From: Chthonomonadales bacterium
GTDB taxonomy: Bacteria > Armatimonadota > Chthonomonadetes > Chthonomonadales > CAJBBX01
Assembly: GCA_049967475.1 (NCBI GenBank)
Contig: JBMFSQ010000007.1
Location: 32,001-96,000 of the forward strand
Reading direction: 5' to 3'
Length of the DNA: 64,000 bases
Within the stretch, counting starts at the first letter, position 1. The number at the start of each line of letters is the position of its first letter. The notes below the pieces were generated by a model, which ran no database searches, was not told the origin of the DNA, and saw nothing but the letters and a program-made list of their open reading frames with translations. Of this stretch, positions 53,374 to 63,415 are shown piece by piece. The position numbers and the translations under genes were made by a program.

Positions 53374-53799
53374 ATGGAGAGGATCATCAAAACGGATGCG
53401 GAGTGGCGCAATCTCCTTACCGCAGAACAGTATTACGTTTTGCGCGAAGGAGGTACGGAACGGCCTTTTACCGGCAAGTACTGGAGCCTCAACGAGGAGG
53501 GCGACTATACGTGTGCCGGATGCGGCCAGGTCCTTTTCCATAGCGATGCTAAGTTTGACGCCGGTTGCGGATGGCCCAGCTTTTACGAAGTCGCAGAGGC
53601 GGGGAGCATTGAGACGCGGGATGATTTCAGCTTCGGAATGCATCGCATCGAAGTGGTGTGCAGCCGCTGCGGGGGCCATTTGGGTCATGTTTTTCCGGAC
53701 GGGCCGCAGCCGACCGGGCTGAGATACTGCATCAATTCAGCCAGCCTCAATTTCGTTACACGGGCTGGAGATCGGGGTAATGCGGCTTCGGAGCGCTGA
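53374..53799 (+). CDS. msrB: Peptide-methionine (R)-S-oxide reductase
   Basis: 'GTERPF', CxxC twice, 'GCGWPSF', '[10 protein letters not shown]', 'RYCINS'. ATG after GGAGGGAG. Confidence 0.96.
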   Translation: MERIIKTDAEWRNLLTAEQYYVLREGGTERPFTGKYWSLNEEGDYTCAGCGQVLFHSDAKFDAGCGWPSFYEVAEAGSIETRDDFSFGMHRIEVVCSRCGGHLGHVFPDGPQPTGLRYCINSASLNFVTRAGDRGNAASER

Positions 53800-53811
53800 A
53801 GCCTGCTACGC

Positions 53812-54168
53812 CTATAACTGGAAATAGAGGTGCAAGTGGCCCAAACATCCAGGGTTAAAGGCTGCGGCGCAAATCGGACACCGTGACGGCGCGGAAAGAT
53901 ACTCATCGAGGCTCATCATCGTTCCGCATACTCCGCAGAGCAGCACGGGTTCCGTTGAGGCGGTTTGCCGGGGCCACAGCGCAATAGGATGATCGGCCAA
54001 GGCATCGTGACAGAGCCGGCAGGCATAGAAGGCATTGCAGCAGAAGAAGCGGACGGCAACAACGTCGCGAGGGCTGTGGAAGTGCACGCAGCGGGTGTCA
54101 CACTGAACACCTACTCCGTACACGTTTTGTCCGTTGAGGGTGCAGATGGACTGCGCTCGGTTTTTCAT
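53812..54168 (-). CDS. CHY zinc-finger protein
   Basis: 'TRC.H.HS..D....F.CC..FYAC..CH', 'LCGVC', 'CP.C...FNPGC..H..LYF'. Start uncertain (54168 or 54210). Confidence 0.85.
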   Translation of the reverse strand: MKNRAQSICTLNGQNVYGVGVQCDTRCVHFHSPRDVVAVRFFCCNAFYACRLCHDALADHPIALWPRQTASTEPVLLCGVCGTMMSLDEYLSAPSRCPICAAAFNPGCLGHLHLYFQL

Positions 54169-54208
54169 GGGACGGGTTGCTTCGATGAAGGCTTGGACGT
54201 TTTTCAGC

Positions 54209-54958
54209 ATGCCTCGGCTGGCTGTTATACCGGTGCGCCGGGCCGCAACCGGTGGAATGGCGCTGGCATTCCTACTTGGAAGTCAACGGATCGCTCCCAC
54301 TTATGCGATGCAAGGCGCAGATGAAGGTCGGCGGCCCCCGGGCGCGCTGGTTCTCTTCGACGGGCGAGACGCACGCGAATGGGTGCACCTGCGCACCGGC
54401 AAACCCGTGCAATGGTTGTTGGAGGACGGCGCACTGGTTGTTCAGCCCAGAACCGGAGATATCGTCACAATAAGGCGCTTCCGGGATTTCCGGCTGCATC
54501 TGGAATTCCAGCTTCCCAGTCCTGGGCCAGACGACCCGGAACACGGCAACAGCGGCGTGATTTTGCACAACTTATACGAGGTTCAGATCATCAATTCCTT
54601 TGGTCGGGACCGTCCCGGCAGCGGGGACTGCGGCGCCATCTACCGCCAGGCAGCTCCTGAGGTGAATGCCTGCAAGGCGCCCGGCGAATGGCAGTCGCTG
54701 GACGTGGTGTTTCGGGCGCCTCGTTTCGATGCTGCCGGGAAGATGCTCCAGCCGGCCTGCGTTACGGTGTGGCTCAACGGCTCCGAAATCCACCGCGATC
54801 GCGCTCTTCTTGGTCCCACAGGGAGCCGAAAGGGTTTGCCCATCACGGCGGTGGGTCCCGTGGTGCTGCAAGATCACCGGTCCCGCGTGCGCTTTCGGAA
54901 CATCTGGGTCGTTCCGTTACGCCGAGCAGATCCAGCCGGCGCTAAGCTGAGAGATTGA
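54209..54958 (+). CDS. DUF1080 (3-keto-disaccharide hydrolase-like) protein
   Basis: 'LFDG', 'DF.LHLEF', 'GNSGV', 'YEVQI', 'GAIY', 'GEWQ', 'LQDH...VRFRNIWV'. Start uncertain. Confidence 0.85.
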   Translation: MPRLAVIPVRRAATGGMALAFLLGSQRIAPTYAMQGADEGRRPPGALVLFDGRDAREWVHLRTGKPVQWLLEDGALVVQPRTGDIVTIRRFRDFRLHLEFQLPSPGPDDPEHGNSGVILHNLYEVQIINSFGRDRPGSGDCGAIYRQAAPEVNACKAPGEWQSLDVVFRAPRFDAAGKMLQPACVTVWLNGSEIHRDRALLGPTGSRKGLPITAVGPVVLQDHRSRVRFRNIWVVPLRRADPAGAKLRD

Positions 54959-55055
54959 GCGCCCCGGCCCGGGCGAGATGGTTCGGGTACAATGAATTTT
55001 GAGGGGGCAGGCCCAGCGTCGTTGGGGCACAGTGTCTCGATTAGGGATGCATGGG

Positions 55056-55715
55056 ATGTTTACCGGCATCATTCAGGAAGTGGGAACGGTGGCACGGTTT
55101 GTGCGGCGCGGGAGCTCGGCGGAGGTAGCCGTAGCGGCTCCTGGTGCTGCCCGAGGCGCAGAGGTGGGTGACAGCATTGCCGTCAACGGCGTATGCCTTA
55201 CGGTGCGGCAACGGGAAGGCCCTGTGTTGGTATTCGACGCCGTGGCAGAAACCCTCAATCGCAGCAACCTGAAGCGTCTTCGAGCAGGAGAGAAGGTCAA
55301 TATTGAGCAGGCGCTGAGGGTGGGCGATGCAGTGGGAGGCCACTTTGTGCAGGGGCATGTGGATGGAGTGGCCGAGATCCTGTCCATCAAGGAGGATGGG
55401 AACGCCCGTATCCTGGAGGTTTCGGCGCCACGGGAACTTGCTCGGTATTTGGCTCCTAAGGGTTCCGTAGCACTGGATGGGATCAGCCTCACGATAGCTG
55501 CCACCGCCGATGGAGCATTCAGGGTATGGATCGTCCCGCACACCTGGGAGGCCACGAACCTTCGGTATCGCACGCCGGGAGCGGAACTCAACGTGGAAGT
55601 GGACATAGTAGCACGCTATCTGGAGCGCCTCGTTGCGGATCGGGCGCCCCGCGGCGTTACCATGGATCAGTTGCTGGCTGCGGGGTTTCTGGATGCAGGG
55701 GAAGCCGCGTTATGA
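55056..55715 (+). CDS. ribE: Riboflavin synthase alpha chain
   Basis: N-terminal MFTGII, '[12 protein letters not shown]', '[10 protein letters not shown]', '[12 protein letters not shown]', 'N.EVD'. Confidence 0.96.
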   Translation: MFTGIIQEVGTVARFVRRGSSAEVAVAAPGAARGAEVGDSIAVNGVCLTVRQREGPVLVFDAVAETLNRSNLKRLRAGEKVNIEQALRVGDAVGGHFVQGHVDGVAEILSIKEDGNARILEVSAPRELARYLAPKGSVALDGISLTIAATADGAFRVWIVPHTWEATNLRYRTPGAELNVEVDIVARYLERLVADRAPRGVTMDQLLAAGFLDAGEAAL

Positions 55716-56938
55716 GCTTCAGCACCATCGAGGAGGCCATCGAGGATATCCGCCAAGGCAAGATCATCATCGTTGTAGATGATGAAGACCGCGAGAACGA
55801 GGGCGATTTCATCATGGCCGCGGAGAAGTGCACGCCTGAGGCCATGAACTTCATCATCAAGTACGGGCGGGGCATCCCGTGCGTGCCGACTACGGCCAAA
55901 CGCTTGGCAGAGCTGCAGATCCCGATGATGGTGGACCACAACACGGCACGGCTAGGCACAGCTATGACCGTTACGGTGGACGCACGCCACGGGACGACCA
56001 CCGGAATTTCTGCCTACGACCGGGCGCGCACCGTACGGGTCTTCGTGGATCCCAACGCCACCCCCGCCGACCTCATGCGGCCGGGGCACATTATCCCCTT
56101 GAGAGCGGAGGAGGGGGGAGTGCTGAAGCGGGCAGGGCACACGGAGGCTACGGTAGATCTGATGCGTTTGGCCGGGCTGTACCCCGCCGGAGTGTTGTGC
56201 GAAATTGTGGCGGATGACGGTTCCATGGCGCGGCTGCCTCAACTGGAGGAACTTGCGCAGCGCTTCCACCTCAAGATTATCACGATTGCCGACCTCATCA
56301 AGTACCGGCGCCGCACCGAGCGGCTGGTGAACAGGGTGGCCACCACCGTAATCCCCACGGCCTCCTACGGAAGCCTCACCGTGCATGCCTACGAGCCCAC
56401 CATAGACACCAGTCCTGCCATCGCCATTGTTAAGGGTGACGTGTCCACCGGGGAGCCCACACTGGTGCGCGTCCATTCTTCCTGTGTCACCGGAGATCTT
56501 TTGGGGTCGCTGCGGTGTGACTGCGGCGATCAGCTCCACATGGCGCTGCGCAAAATTACCGAAGAAGGGCGGGGCGCGGTAATCTATCTGGAGCAGGAGG
56601 GCCGCGGCATAGGCCTCGTGAACAAGGTCAAGGCCTATGCCTTACAGGATCAAGGTGCGGACACGGTCGAGGCGAATTTGGAACTGGGCTTCAAACCGGA
56701 TCTGCGCGATTACGGCATCGGCGCGCAGATTATGGTGGATCTGGGCTTGCGGAAGATCCGCCTGATGACCAACAATCCCTCCAAGGTAGCCGGTATCGAA
56801 GGGTATGGCCTGGAGATTGTAGAGTGGGTTCCTCTTAGGGTGGAGCCCAACGAACACAACCGACGCTATCTGGAGACGAAGCGGATCAAGCTGGGCCATA
56901 TATTTCCGGACACGGACCTGCCGCCCGAGAATGAATGA
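55712..56938 (+). CDS. ribBA: Bifunctional DHBP synthase / GTP cyclohydrolase II
   Basis: '[10 protein letters not shown]', 'RAGHTEA', 'RVHS.C.TGD..GS.RCDCG.QL', 'QEGRGIGL', 'TNNP.K'. Confidence 0.96.
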   Translation: MSFSTIEEAIEDIRQGKIIIVVDDEDRENEGDFIMAAEKCTPEAMNFIIKYGRGIPCVPTTAKRLAELQIPMMVDHNTARLGTAMTVTVDARHGTTTGISAYDRARTVRVFVDPNATPADLMRPGHIIPLRAEEGGVLKRAGHTEATVDLMRLAGLYPAGVLCEIVADDGSMARLPQLEELAQRFHLKIITIADLIKYRRRTERLVNRVATTVIPTASYGSLTVHAYEPTIDTSPAIAIVKGDVSTGEPTLVRVHSSCVTGDLLGSLRCDCGDQLHMALRKITEEGRGAVIYLEQEGRGIGLVNKVKAYALQDQGADTVEANLELGFKPDLRDYGIGAQIMVDLGLRKIRLMTNNPSKVAGIEGYGLEIVEWVPLRVEPNEHNRRYLETKRIKLGHIFPDTDLPPENE

Positions 56939-56973
56939 GGGTGGCGGCGCCGTGTCTTCATGGGGACGAAGCG

Positions 56974-57441
56974 ATGGGCAGAATGTACGAGGGGCGGTTG
57001 ATCGCTTCCGGCCTGCGGTTTGGGCTGGTCGTGTCACGGTGGAATTCCTTCATCACCGAGCGGATGTTGGCTGGAGCCATGGACGCGCTGGTGCGCCACG
57101 GCGCTTCGGAAGAGGATGCGGATGTGGTTCGAGTGCCCGGCACGTGGGAGATCCCCGTTGCCGCAGCCCGTATGGCGCAAAGCGGAAGGTATCAGGCCGT
57201 GGTCTGCATCGGCTGTTTGATACGCGGGGAGACGCCGCACTTTGACTATCTGGCTGCGGAAGTGACCAAAGGCATTGCCCAGGTCGCTCTTCAGAGCGGG
57301 ATCCCCGTGACCTACGGCATCATAACCGTTGAGAACCTGGAGCAAGCCATAGACCGAGCCGGCGCCAAGGCCGGGAACAAGGGGGCAGAAGCTGCCATGG
57401 CGGCCATCGAGATGGCGGATCTGCTGAGGAACATGGAGTAG
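56974..57441 (+). CDS. ribH: 6,7-dimethyl-8-ribityllumazine synthase
   Basis: 'VPG.WEIP', 'G.LIRGETPHFDY', 'QAIDRAG.K.GNKG.EAA'. Confidence 0.96.
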   Translation: MGRMYEGRLIASGLRFGLVVSRWNSFITERMLAGAMDALVRHGASEEDADVVRVPGTWEIPVAAARMAQSGRYQAVVCIGCLIRGETPHFDYLAAEVTKGIAQVALQSGIPVTYGIITVENLEQAIDRAGAKAGNKGAEAAMAAIEMADLLRNME

Positions 57442-57450
57442 TACCGAACC

Positions 57451-58602
57451 ATGCGCAGAGCTGCCGGTATTGTGCTGGTGTTCCTTTTGGGATTTGGGGC
57501 GAGCGCCCTCCTGTTGCGCCGCGTGAGCCTTTGGGGCGCTGCCGACGACAGCGTCGCCCGGCGGAATGCACTAGCCATTCTGGACCGGCCGGCGCCGAGT
57601 ACCCCAGAACCGGACGGCCCCATGATCCGAGCTGCCGCCCGCATCGAGCCGGCCGTGGTCAACATAGACACCCTGGTAACCGGGCAGGCGCGGTCGTACG
57701 ATTTCTTTGGGAATGAATATTCGCGCCCCTATGCTCTGGAGGGCAAAGGGAGCGGCGTCATCATTACACCCGATGGATACATCGTCACCAATAATCATGT
57801 GATTGCCGGCGCCAACATCATCAAGGTGACGCTCCCCTCCAAAGAGCAATATGAGGGCCGCGTCATCGGTGCCGACGAAGATGCGGACATCGCGGTTGTG
57901 AAAATAGACGGCCGAAATCTCCCGGCTGCGGAACTGGGCGACTCTTCCAAATTGCGTGTGGGCGAGGTGGTGCTCGCCATCGGCTATCCTCTGGGATTAG
58001 GCACTACGGTAACTCATGGCATCATTTCGGCTACGGACCGGCGCGATCTGGAGATCAGCGAGGGGCATCGCCTGCGCTTGGCTATTCAGACGGATGCGCC
58101 CATCAACCGGGGCAATTCCGGCGGCGCTCTGGCCAACCTCAATGGCCAACTTGTAGGCATCAACACGGCCATCGTGTCTGAGAACCGGGGCGGTTCCATC
58201 GGGATTGGCTTTGCGATCCCGATCAACGCAGCCAAGGGAGTGGTGCGCCGCATCATCTCCAACGGCCGCCCGCGCACCCGGCAGGCAGATCAACCGTTTA
58301 TCGGCATCCAGTATGGTCCCGTGGACCCCAGTGCCGCGGCGCAACTTGGCCTTGCTCCCGGGCAGGGGGTGCAGGTGGAGGGGGTAGTTCCGCTCACCGC
58401 GGCAGCGCAGGCTGGGCTGGCGGCGGGCGATATCTTGTTGGCGGTGGACGGGTACCCGATTACGAGCACGCAGGATGTGCGGGGCTATCTGGCCGGCAAG
58501 CGTGTGGGGGAACGTGTCACGCTGGACGTCGTACGTGCGAATGGCGTGCGCGCCCGCATCACTCTCAAACTGGGTCCGAAGCCTTCCGGATTCGGCCGAT
58601 AA
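57451..58602 (+). CDS. HtrA/DegP-family serine protease with one PDZ domain
   Basis: 'GSGVII', 'TNNHVI', 'DIAVVK', 'QTDA.IN.GNSGG', C-terminal PDZ. Confidence 0.93.
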   Translation: MRRAAGIVLVFLLGFGASALLLRRVSLWGAADDSVARRNALAILDRPAPSTPEPDGPMIRAAARIEPAVVNIDTLVTGQARSYDFFGNEYSRPYALEGKGSGVIITPDGYIVTNNHVIAGANIIKVTLPSKEQYEGRVIGADEDADIAVVKIDGRNLPAAELGDSSKLRVGEVVLAIGYPLGLGTTVTHGIISATDRRDLEISEGHRLRLAIQTDAPINRGNSGGALANLNGQLVGINTAIVSENRGGSIGIGFAIPINAAKGVVRRIISNGRPRTRQADQPFIGIQYGPVDPSAAAQLGLAPGQGVQVEGVVPLTAAAQAGLAAGDILLAVDGYPITSTQDVRGYLAGKRVGERVTLDVVRANGVRARITLKLGPKPSGFGR

Positions 58603-58614
58603 CCTGGTGGGAAC

Positions 58615-59430
58615 TCAGCGGCGCAGAAGTATTTGAACGGGTTGGCGGTCCTGCCAATCAGTGACGCAATCCAACCCTGCCGCCAAGGCCAGGTCTGCTG
58701 CGGTGCAATAAGAGGCGGCCAACTCTTCCGGATGGTGGGCGTCGGACCCGATGGTCAAAAGGCGCCCGCCGAGGCTCGCGTACAACTTGATATGCGCGTC
58801 GCAGGGATAGGTATGCCCGGCGCCCTGCCTCAGGCCGGCCGTGTTGATCTCGAGGGCCACGCCGCGGGCGATCATCGCTTCAAAGAGGCGGAGGGCTTCG
58901 TCACGATAGGGCGACGGATCGTAGGGGCCATAGAGCGGTACTCCCCGCCGATTGGCATACTCCAGATGCCCCACGATGTCAATGAGGCCGCTCTCTACGG
59001 AATGGCGCACGGCCTCGAAGTAGATGCGATAGGCCTCTTCACGCGTCCTGCCGGCAACATATTCGGGTGTCATCAGCATGGCCCGGTCCACATAATGGAC
59101 CGACCCGATGACGAAGTCGAAAGGGTGGTGTTCCAGCCACAGGCCGATGCGGTCCTCGAACCACTTTTGGTAGTCTATCTCTACGCCCATTCGGATACTA
59201 AGCTGATGGCCGAAGCGGGCGCGGGCTTCTTCGATCTCGTCGCGGTATCGCTCGTAATCGAAGTAATCCACCACAGGATCTTGCGGATCGAAGTCCTTGT
59301 GTTCTGAGAAGCCGATGACGTCGAGCCCCAAGAGGACGGCGCGTTCGCACTGCTCGAGGATGGTAGCGCGGCCGTCGTGAGACCTGTTGGAGTGCACCTG
59401 TAGATCGGTAGCGTAGAAGCCGTCAATCAT
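58615..59430 (-). CDS. PHP-family histidinol-phosphatase (HisJ-like)
   Basis: 'D.QVHS..S.DG', 'SEH', 'GVEID', 'IGSVH', 'EINTAG', 'GSDAH'. Confidence 0.85.
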   Translation of the reverse strand: MIDGFYATDLQVHSNRSHDGRATILEQCERAVLLGLDVIGFSEHKDFDPQDPVVDYFDYERYRDEIEEARARFGHQLSIRMGVEIDYQKWFEDRIGLWLEHHPFDFVIGSVHYVDRAMLMTPEYVAGRTREEAYRIYFEAVRHSVESGLIDIVGHLEYANRRGVPLYGPYDPSPYRDEALRLFEAMIARGVALEINTAGLRQGAGHTYPCDAHIKLYASLGGRLLTIGSDAHHPEELAASYCTAADLALAAGLDCVTDWQDRQPVQILLRR

Positions 59431-59446
59431 GCGTCATTGCGTGGGG

Positions 59447-59971
59447 TTAGGGTTGCGGAAGCTCTATGGGCGGCGTGAGGGTGATCTCGGCGACCTTCCA
59501 CTCATCCACGGTGGTGAGGCCGAGCCATCGCGCGGATCGCGTCTTGACCAGGGTCATTTTCACGGCAAGGTTCGGGAAGTATACTGCATCCATCCGAGGG
59601 GTATGTTCGCCCACATCCATGTGGAATGATACCTCACCCTTGCCGCCGATGGATTGGACGCGCAGGTTGCGTACGGAGATGTCCAGGGGCCCGCGCATTT
59701 GCGGGAACGAGAACCTTAGGATTTCGCGCATGCGGTCGGCATCAGCGCCGAGGATTCTAGCGGTGGGAGTGAAGAGGCGCATTACACCTTCCACGTCTCT
59801 CCTACGGAGGGCGTCCGCCCCTGTGTTCACGATGCGAAGCGCCACGCCTGCCGATAGAGGTGGAGCGTGCATCCTCGCGGGTGCGCTGTAAAGGAGCAGC
59901 GCCGCTGCCAGGGAAAGGAGGCCGATGGTGAGCGCGATGCGTGATGAACGATGCATTGGGCTGCACCTCAC
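59447..59971 (-). CDS. Hypothetical membrane-anchored protein, possible NTF2/SnoaL-like fold
   Basis: N-terminal TM; 'DAL.RRD...VMRLF.P', beta-rich body, 'WKV' end. Confidence 0.55.
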   Translation of the reverse strand: MRCSPMHRSSRIALTIGLLSLAAALLLYSAPARMHAPPLSAGVALRIVNTGADALRRRDVEGVMRLFTPTARILGADADRMREILRFSFPQMRGPLDISVRNLRVQSIGGKGEVSFHMDVGEHTPRMDAVYFPNLAVKMTLVKTRSARWLGLTTVDEWKVAEITLTPPIELPQP

Positions 59972-60020
59972 GGGCTGTGTTCGCTCCTTGTGAGCGCGTG
60001 GCCCATTCTACTTTGTTTGC

Positions 60021-61112
60021 ATGAGCACGTCAACCGCTATAGATTTGCAGGGTTATGAGCCGTGGCAGGCTGCGGCCGAGGCTGTGGCCCAGGCGCAGGG
60101 CACGGTGTTGATCCTGGGGGATCTGGACGTCGGAAAGACTGCGTTTCTTCGGCTCGCGGCGAACATCGCGGTGAAATCCGGCCGGAGCGTAGCGATTTTG
60201 GATGCCGATTTGGGGCAATCGGAAATCGGGCCGCCTACGTGTTTGGGTTGGGCTACGCCTACGCAGGAGTTCGACAGTCTGCTGGATCTGCGGCCGGCAG
60301 GGTTGGCATTCGTAGGTTCCACGTCGCCGAGGGGCCGACTGGCGGAATACATGGTGGCCTTGGACGCGGCGCTGCAGGGCGTCAAAGCAGCAGAGCCCGA
60401 CGTCGTGTTTGTGGACACCATGGGTTTTGTGCACGGGCCCGGAGCACTCCGCCTTCGGCATGCGGAGATGCAGATGCTGCGCCCCGATCACGTAGTCGTG
60501 CTGGAGCGGGCCGGCGAATGTGAAGCGGTGGCACGCTTTGCCCAGATCGTGCTGCGCGCTCGTGTTGACCGGCTTCAGGTACCGGACTTCATGGGTCGCA
60601 AACCGGCATCCATAAGGGCTCAGAGGCGTGCCGCCCGCTTCGTGAGGTACTTTCAGGGCGCTCAGATGCGCACCTTGCGCTTCGAGGATTTTGCCGTGTG
60701 CGGCGGATGGCTGAACACCGGCCGACCCCTGGAGCCGCACGTGTTGCGGGCCATGGCAGGGGAGCTGGGGGTAACGGTGCTTCACGCCGAGCTTACCGGG
60801 CGCGACCTGGGCGTGGTGGTGAACGCTCTCCCCGCGCAGGGCCGATCATTGGACACCATCCGCGAGCAGTTTCGGACTGAGAGCATCACGCTGAGCGTGG
60901 CAAGCAGATTGAAGCATCTGGTGGTGGGTCTCTCGAACGGCCACGGGTTCCTTGGCATCGGCACGGTGGAATACATCAACTATCGCAGCCGCCTGCTTCA
61001 AGTGCATACGCCGGTGCGGAATGTAGAGGCGGTCCGATTGGTGGCCTTCGGCCGGCTTCGCGTCATGTGGGACGGCAGAGAGCTGGGAGTATTGGAAGCA
61101 GGGGAGATTTAG
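60021..61112 (+). CDS. Clp1/Grc3/Nol9-family polynucleotide 5'-hydroxyl kinase
   Basis: Walker A GDLDVGKT, 'DADLGQ..IGPP', 'VDTMG', Arg-rich lid 'R.QRR..RF..YF'. Confidence 0.82.
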   Translation: MSTSTAIDLQGYEPWQAAAEAVAQAQGTVLILGDLDVGKTAFLRLAANIAVKSGRSVAILDADLGQSEIGPPTCLGWATPTQEFDSLLDLRPAGLAFVGSTSPRGRLAEYMVALDAALQGVKAAEPDVVFVDTMGFVHGPGALRLRHAEMQMLRPDHVVVLERAGECEAVARFAQIVLRARVDRLQVPDFMGRKPASIRAQRRAARFVRYFQGAQMRTLRFEDFAVCGGWLNTGRPLEPHVLRAMAGELGVTVLHAELTGRDLGVVVNALPAQGRSLDTIREQFRTESITLSVASRLKHLVVGLSNGHGFLGIGTVEYINYRSRLLQVHTPVRNVEAVRLVAFGRLRVMWDGRELGVLEAGEI

Positions 61113-61141
61113 GCCACGGTGCGGGAAAGAAAGGACGGGGA

Positions 61142-61759
61142 ATGCTGCGGCTTTACTTGATACGACATGGCGTAACGCGCTGGAACCACGAGGCACGGAT
61201 GCAGGGGCAGAGCGACATTGACCTTGCGCCCGAGGGCTTCGAGCAGGCCCGGCTCATCGCCTGCAGGCTGGCGCGGGAGCCGCTGGATGCTGTATGGAGC
61301 AGCGATCTCGTACGGGCATGGGACACGGCTCGGGAGATCGCGGCTCCCCACGGTCTGTGCGTTCATGTAACGCCGCTTCTGAGGGAGTGCGGTTTCGGCG
61401 CGTGGGAAGGCCTTACGGAGGCCGATATCATGGAGCTGGGCCAAGAGGACGCATGGCGCGCGTATCGGGCGGACCCCGTGGCAACCAGGCCGCCGGGGGG
61501 CGAGCGCCTGGAGGAAGTGTGGGATCGCATTCTGCAGGGAGTACAGCAATTGCGCCGGGAGCATCCTTCTGGGAATGTTGCTTTGGTGGGTCACGGCGGG
61601 AGCATGAGGGCGATCCTGTGCCATGCCCTCGGATCTACCGTAGAGTGCTTTCGGCGGATCTGGCTGGATAACGCATCCCTGAGCATCGTGGAGTATGAGG
61701 GGGAGCGCATGTGGGTAAAGTTGATGAATGACACGTGCCACCTCGGCGGCATAGGGTGA
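61142..61759 (+). CDS. Histidine phosphatase superfamily protein (CobC/PhoE-like)
   Basis: 'LIRHG.T.WN', 'SSDL.RA', 'E..FG.WEG', 'PGGE', 'VGHGG', 'NASLS'. Confidence 0.9.
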   Translation: MLRLYLIRHGVTRWNHEARMQGQSDIDLAPEGFEQARLIACRLAREPLDAVWSSDLVRAWDTAREIAAPHGLCVHVTPLLRECGFGAWEGLTEADIMELGQEDAWRAYRADPVATRPPGGERLEEVWDRILQGVQQLRREHPSGNVALVGHGGSMRAILCHALGSTVECFRRIWLDNASLSIVEYEGERMWVKLMNDTCHLGGIG

Positions 61760-61819
61760 GCGCTCCAGGCAGTGTGTGGTAGGCGCAGCCCCGATGCGGA
61801 GGCCGGGCGTTGCGTGCAT

Positions 61820-61848
61820 TTTACAAGGCCGGGGAAGCGTGCTATAAT
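61820..61848 (+). promoter_or_regulatory. Sigma70-type promoter
   Basis: TTTACA - 17 nt - TATAAT with extended TG; AGGAGG SD downstream. Confidence 0.65.
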
Positions 61849-61867
61849 ACGCGCGCGAGGAGGAGGC

Positions 61868-62995
61868 GTGGTGGATATCCAGGAAATCCACGACCACGAT
61901 GGGCTCCAGGCGCTTCGATCCGATTGGGACCGCCTTGCAGATGCATGTGCGCCGGCAACGATCTACCAAACGTGGGAATGGAATGACGCATGGTGGCGCA
62001 CGTTCGGCGGCCAGAAGCACCTACGCCTCCTTGTGGCCCGCGAGGATGCGCGCGTCGTGGGCATTGCTCCCCTTTATGTAAGCCGCCACTACAACACCCC
62101 GCTTCGGCGCCTGGCGTTTCTGGGCACGGGAGTATCCGACTATTTGGACATTCTCGCAGACGCGTCGTCGGCGGACCGCGTGGTGCAAGCGTTTCTGGAT
62201 TACCTGGACGATGCCCAGGGCTTCGATCTGGCGGACCTGCAGCAGGTGTCCCCTCTGAGCTTGGTGTACCGGTATGCCTGTGCCGCCGCAGAACAGCGGA
62301 TACGCAAACACACCCTCTCTGTGCTGGATATGGAACCTTGCCCCTATGTGGCTTTGCCCGCAACCTGGGAGGATTACCAGCGGCAGCTCGGCCGCAAGAT
62401 GCGCTCCAACATCAGCTACTATCCGCGCCTTCTTGCTCGCAGTTATGGCAATGTAGAGCACTTCGTGGCGGGGGAAGAACAGGTGTCCGACGCTCTGGAA
62501 GCCCTCTTCTGCCTTCATCAGGCGCGCTGGAATGCCCGGCTTCTTCCGGGAGTGTTGGGCGGGGGCCGCGTCCGGCAGTTTCACCGTCTTGTCGCCACGC
62601 GGTTTGCCCAGCGGGGATGGCTGCGCCTTCACGTGCTGAAAGTGGATGGCACTTCCATCGCCGCACTCTACTGCTTTAGGTACCGGGATCGGTATTACTA
62701 TTACCTGGGTGGCTTCGCTCCAAACCTGGCACGTTTCAGTCCCGGAACCATCCTCACGGCGGAAGCTATCCGCAGCGCGGTGAACGAGGGCTGCAAAGAG
62801 TTTGATTTTCTTCGCGGCCACGAGGCGTATAAATACAGGTGGACCTCCAGCCATCGTGTCAACCAGCGTGTGCTTCTGTCTCATCCGAGGAGTGCCCGGT
62901 CCCGGGCGCTGCTGACGATCAACCGCATCGAGAGGTCGGTGGAGCGCAAAGCCAAGGCCCTTGTCGAAGCTCGGGGCAGTAGGAGGTCGGGATGA
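61868..62995 (+). CDS. GNAT-family acetyltransferase (CelD/BcsL-like)
   Basis: 'Q..EW..AWW', 'VGIAPL', 'SDYLD.L', 'LF.LH..RW', 'SPG..L', 'FDFLRG.E.YK.RW'. Confidence 0.85.
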   Translation: MVDIQEIHDHDGLQALRSDWDRLADACAPATIYQTWEWNDAWWRTFGGQKHLRLLVAREDARVVGIAPLYVSRHYNTPLRRLAFLGTGVSDYLDILADASSADRVVQAFLDYLDDAQGFDLADLQQVSPLSLVYRYACAAAEQRIRKHTLSVLDMEPCPYVALPATWEDYQRQLGRKMRSNISYYPRLLARSYGNVEHFVAGEEQVSDALEALFCLHQARWNARLLPGVLGGGRVRQFHRLVATRFAQRGWLRLHVLKVDGTSIAALYCFRYRDRYYYYLGGFAPNLARFSPGTILTAEAIRSAVNEGCKEFDFLRGHEAYKYRWTSSHRVNQRVLLSHPRSARSRALLTINRIERSVERKAKALVEARGSRRSG

Positions 62996-63384
62996 AGGCG
63001 ATCTTCGTACTCCTTGTACTGGTGTTGTTAGCGGCCACTGCCTACAACATCTGGCAGACGCATGAGATGCGGAGAAGCGTGGATGAGCTCAGGACCCTCG
63101 TGGAGCAGGACCGCGCGCGGGCGGCGGAGAACGACCAGGCGCTTTCGGCGGTAGGGCGGGCGATCTCCCAAGCACAGGATGCCATTGCCCATGCGGACTG
63201 GCGGAATGCCCGTACGGCTCTAGAGCGCGCGGAGACCGGGCTGGAGAACCTGGGACGGACGATTGGGCAGGAAGCGGCGCCGGCGGTGCGCAGGGTGCGC
63301 GAACAGGCTGCCAACCTGCTGCAGCAGGTGCAGGCTCACCTCGGCTCGCAGGATCAGAAACAGGCCGGGCAGGCGGGCCGTTGA
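62992..63384 (+). CDS. Hypothetical membrane-anchored helical protein
   Basis: N-terminal hydrophobic helix, coiled-coil-like body, ATGA-coupled to the upstream gene. Confidence 0.6.
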   Translation: MKAIFVLLVLVLLAATAYNIWQTHEMRRSVDELRTLVEQDRARAAENDQALSAVGRAISQAQDAIAHADWRNARTALERAETGLENLGRTIGQEAAPAVRRVREQAANLLQQVQAHLGSQDQKQAGQAGR

Positions 63385-63415
63385 CGGAACCTGCGTCGGT
63401 GTGGGGAGGCGATCA

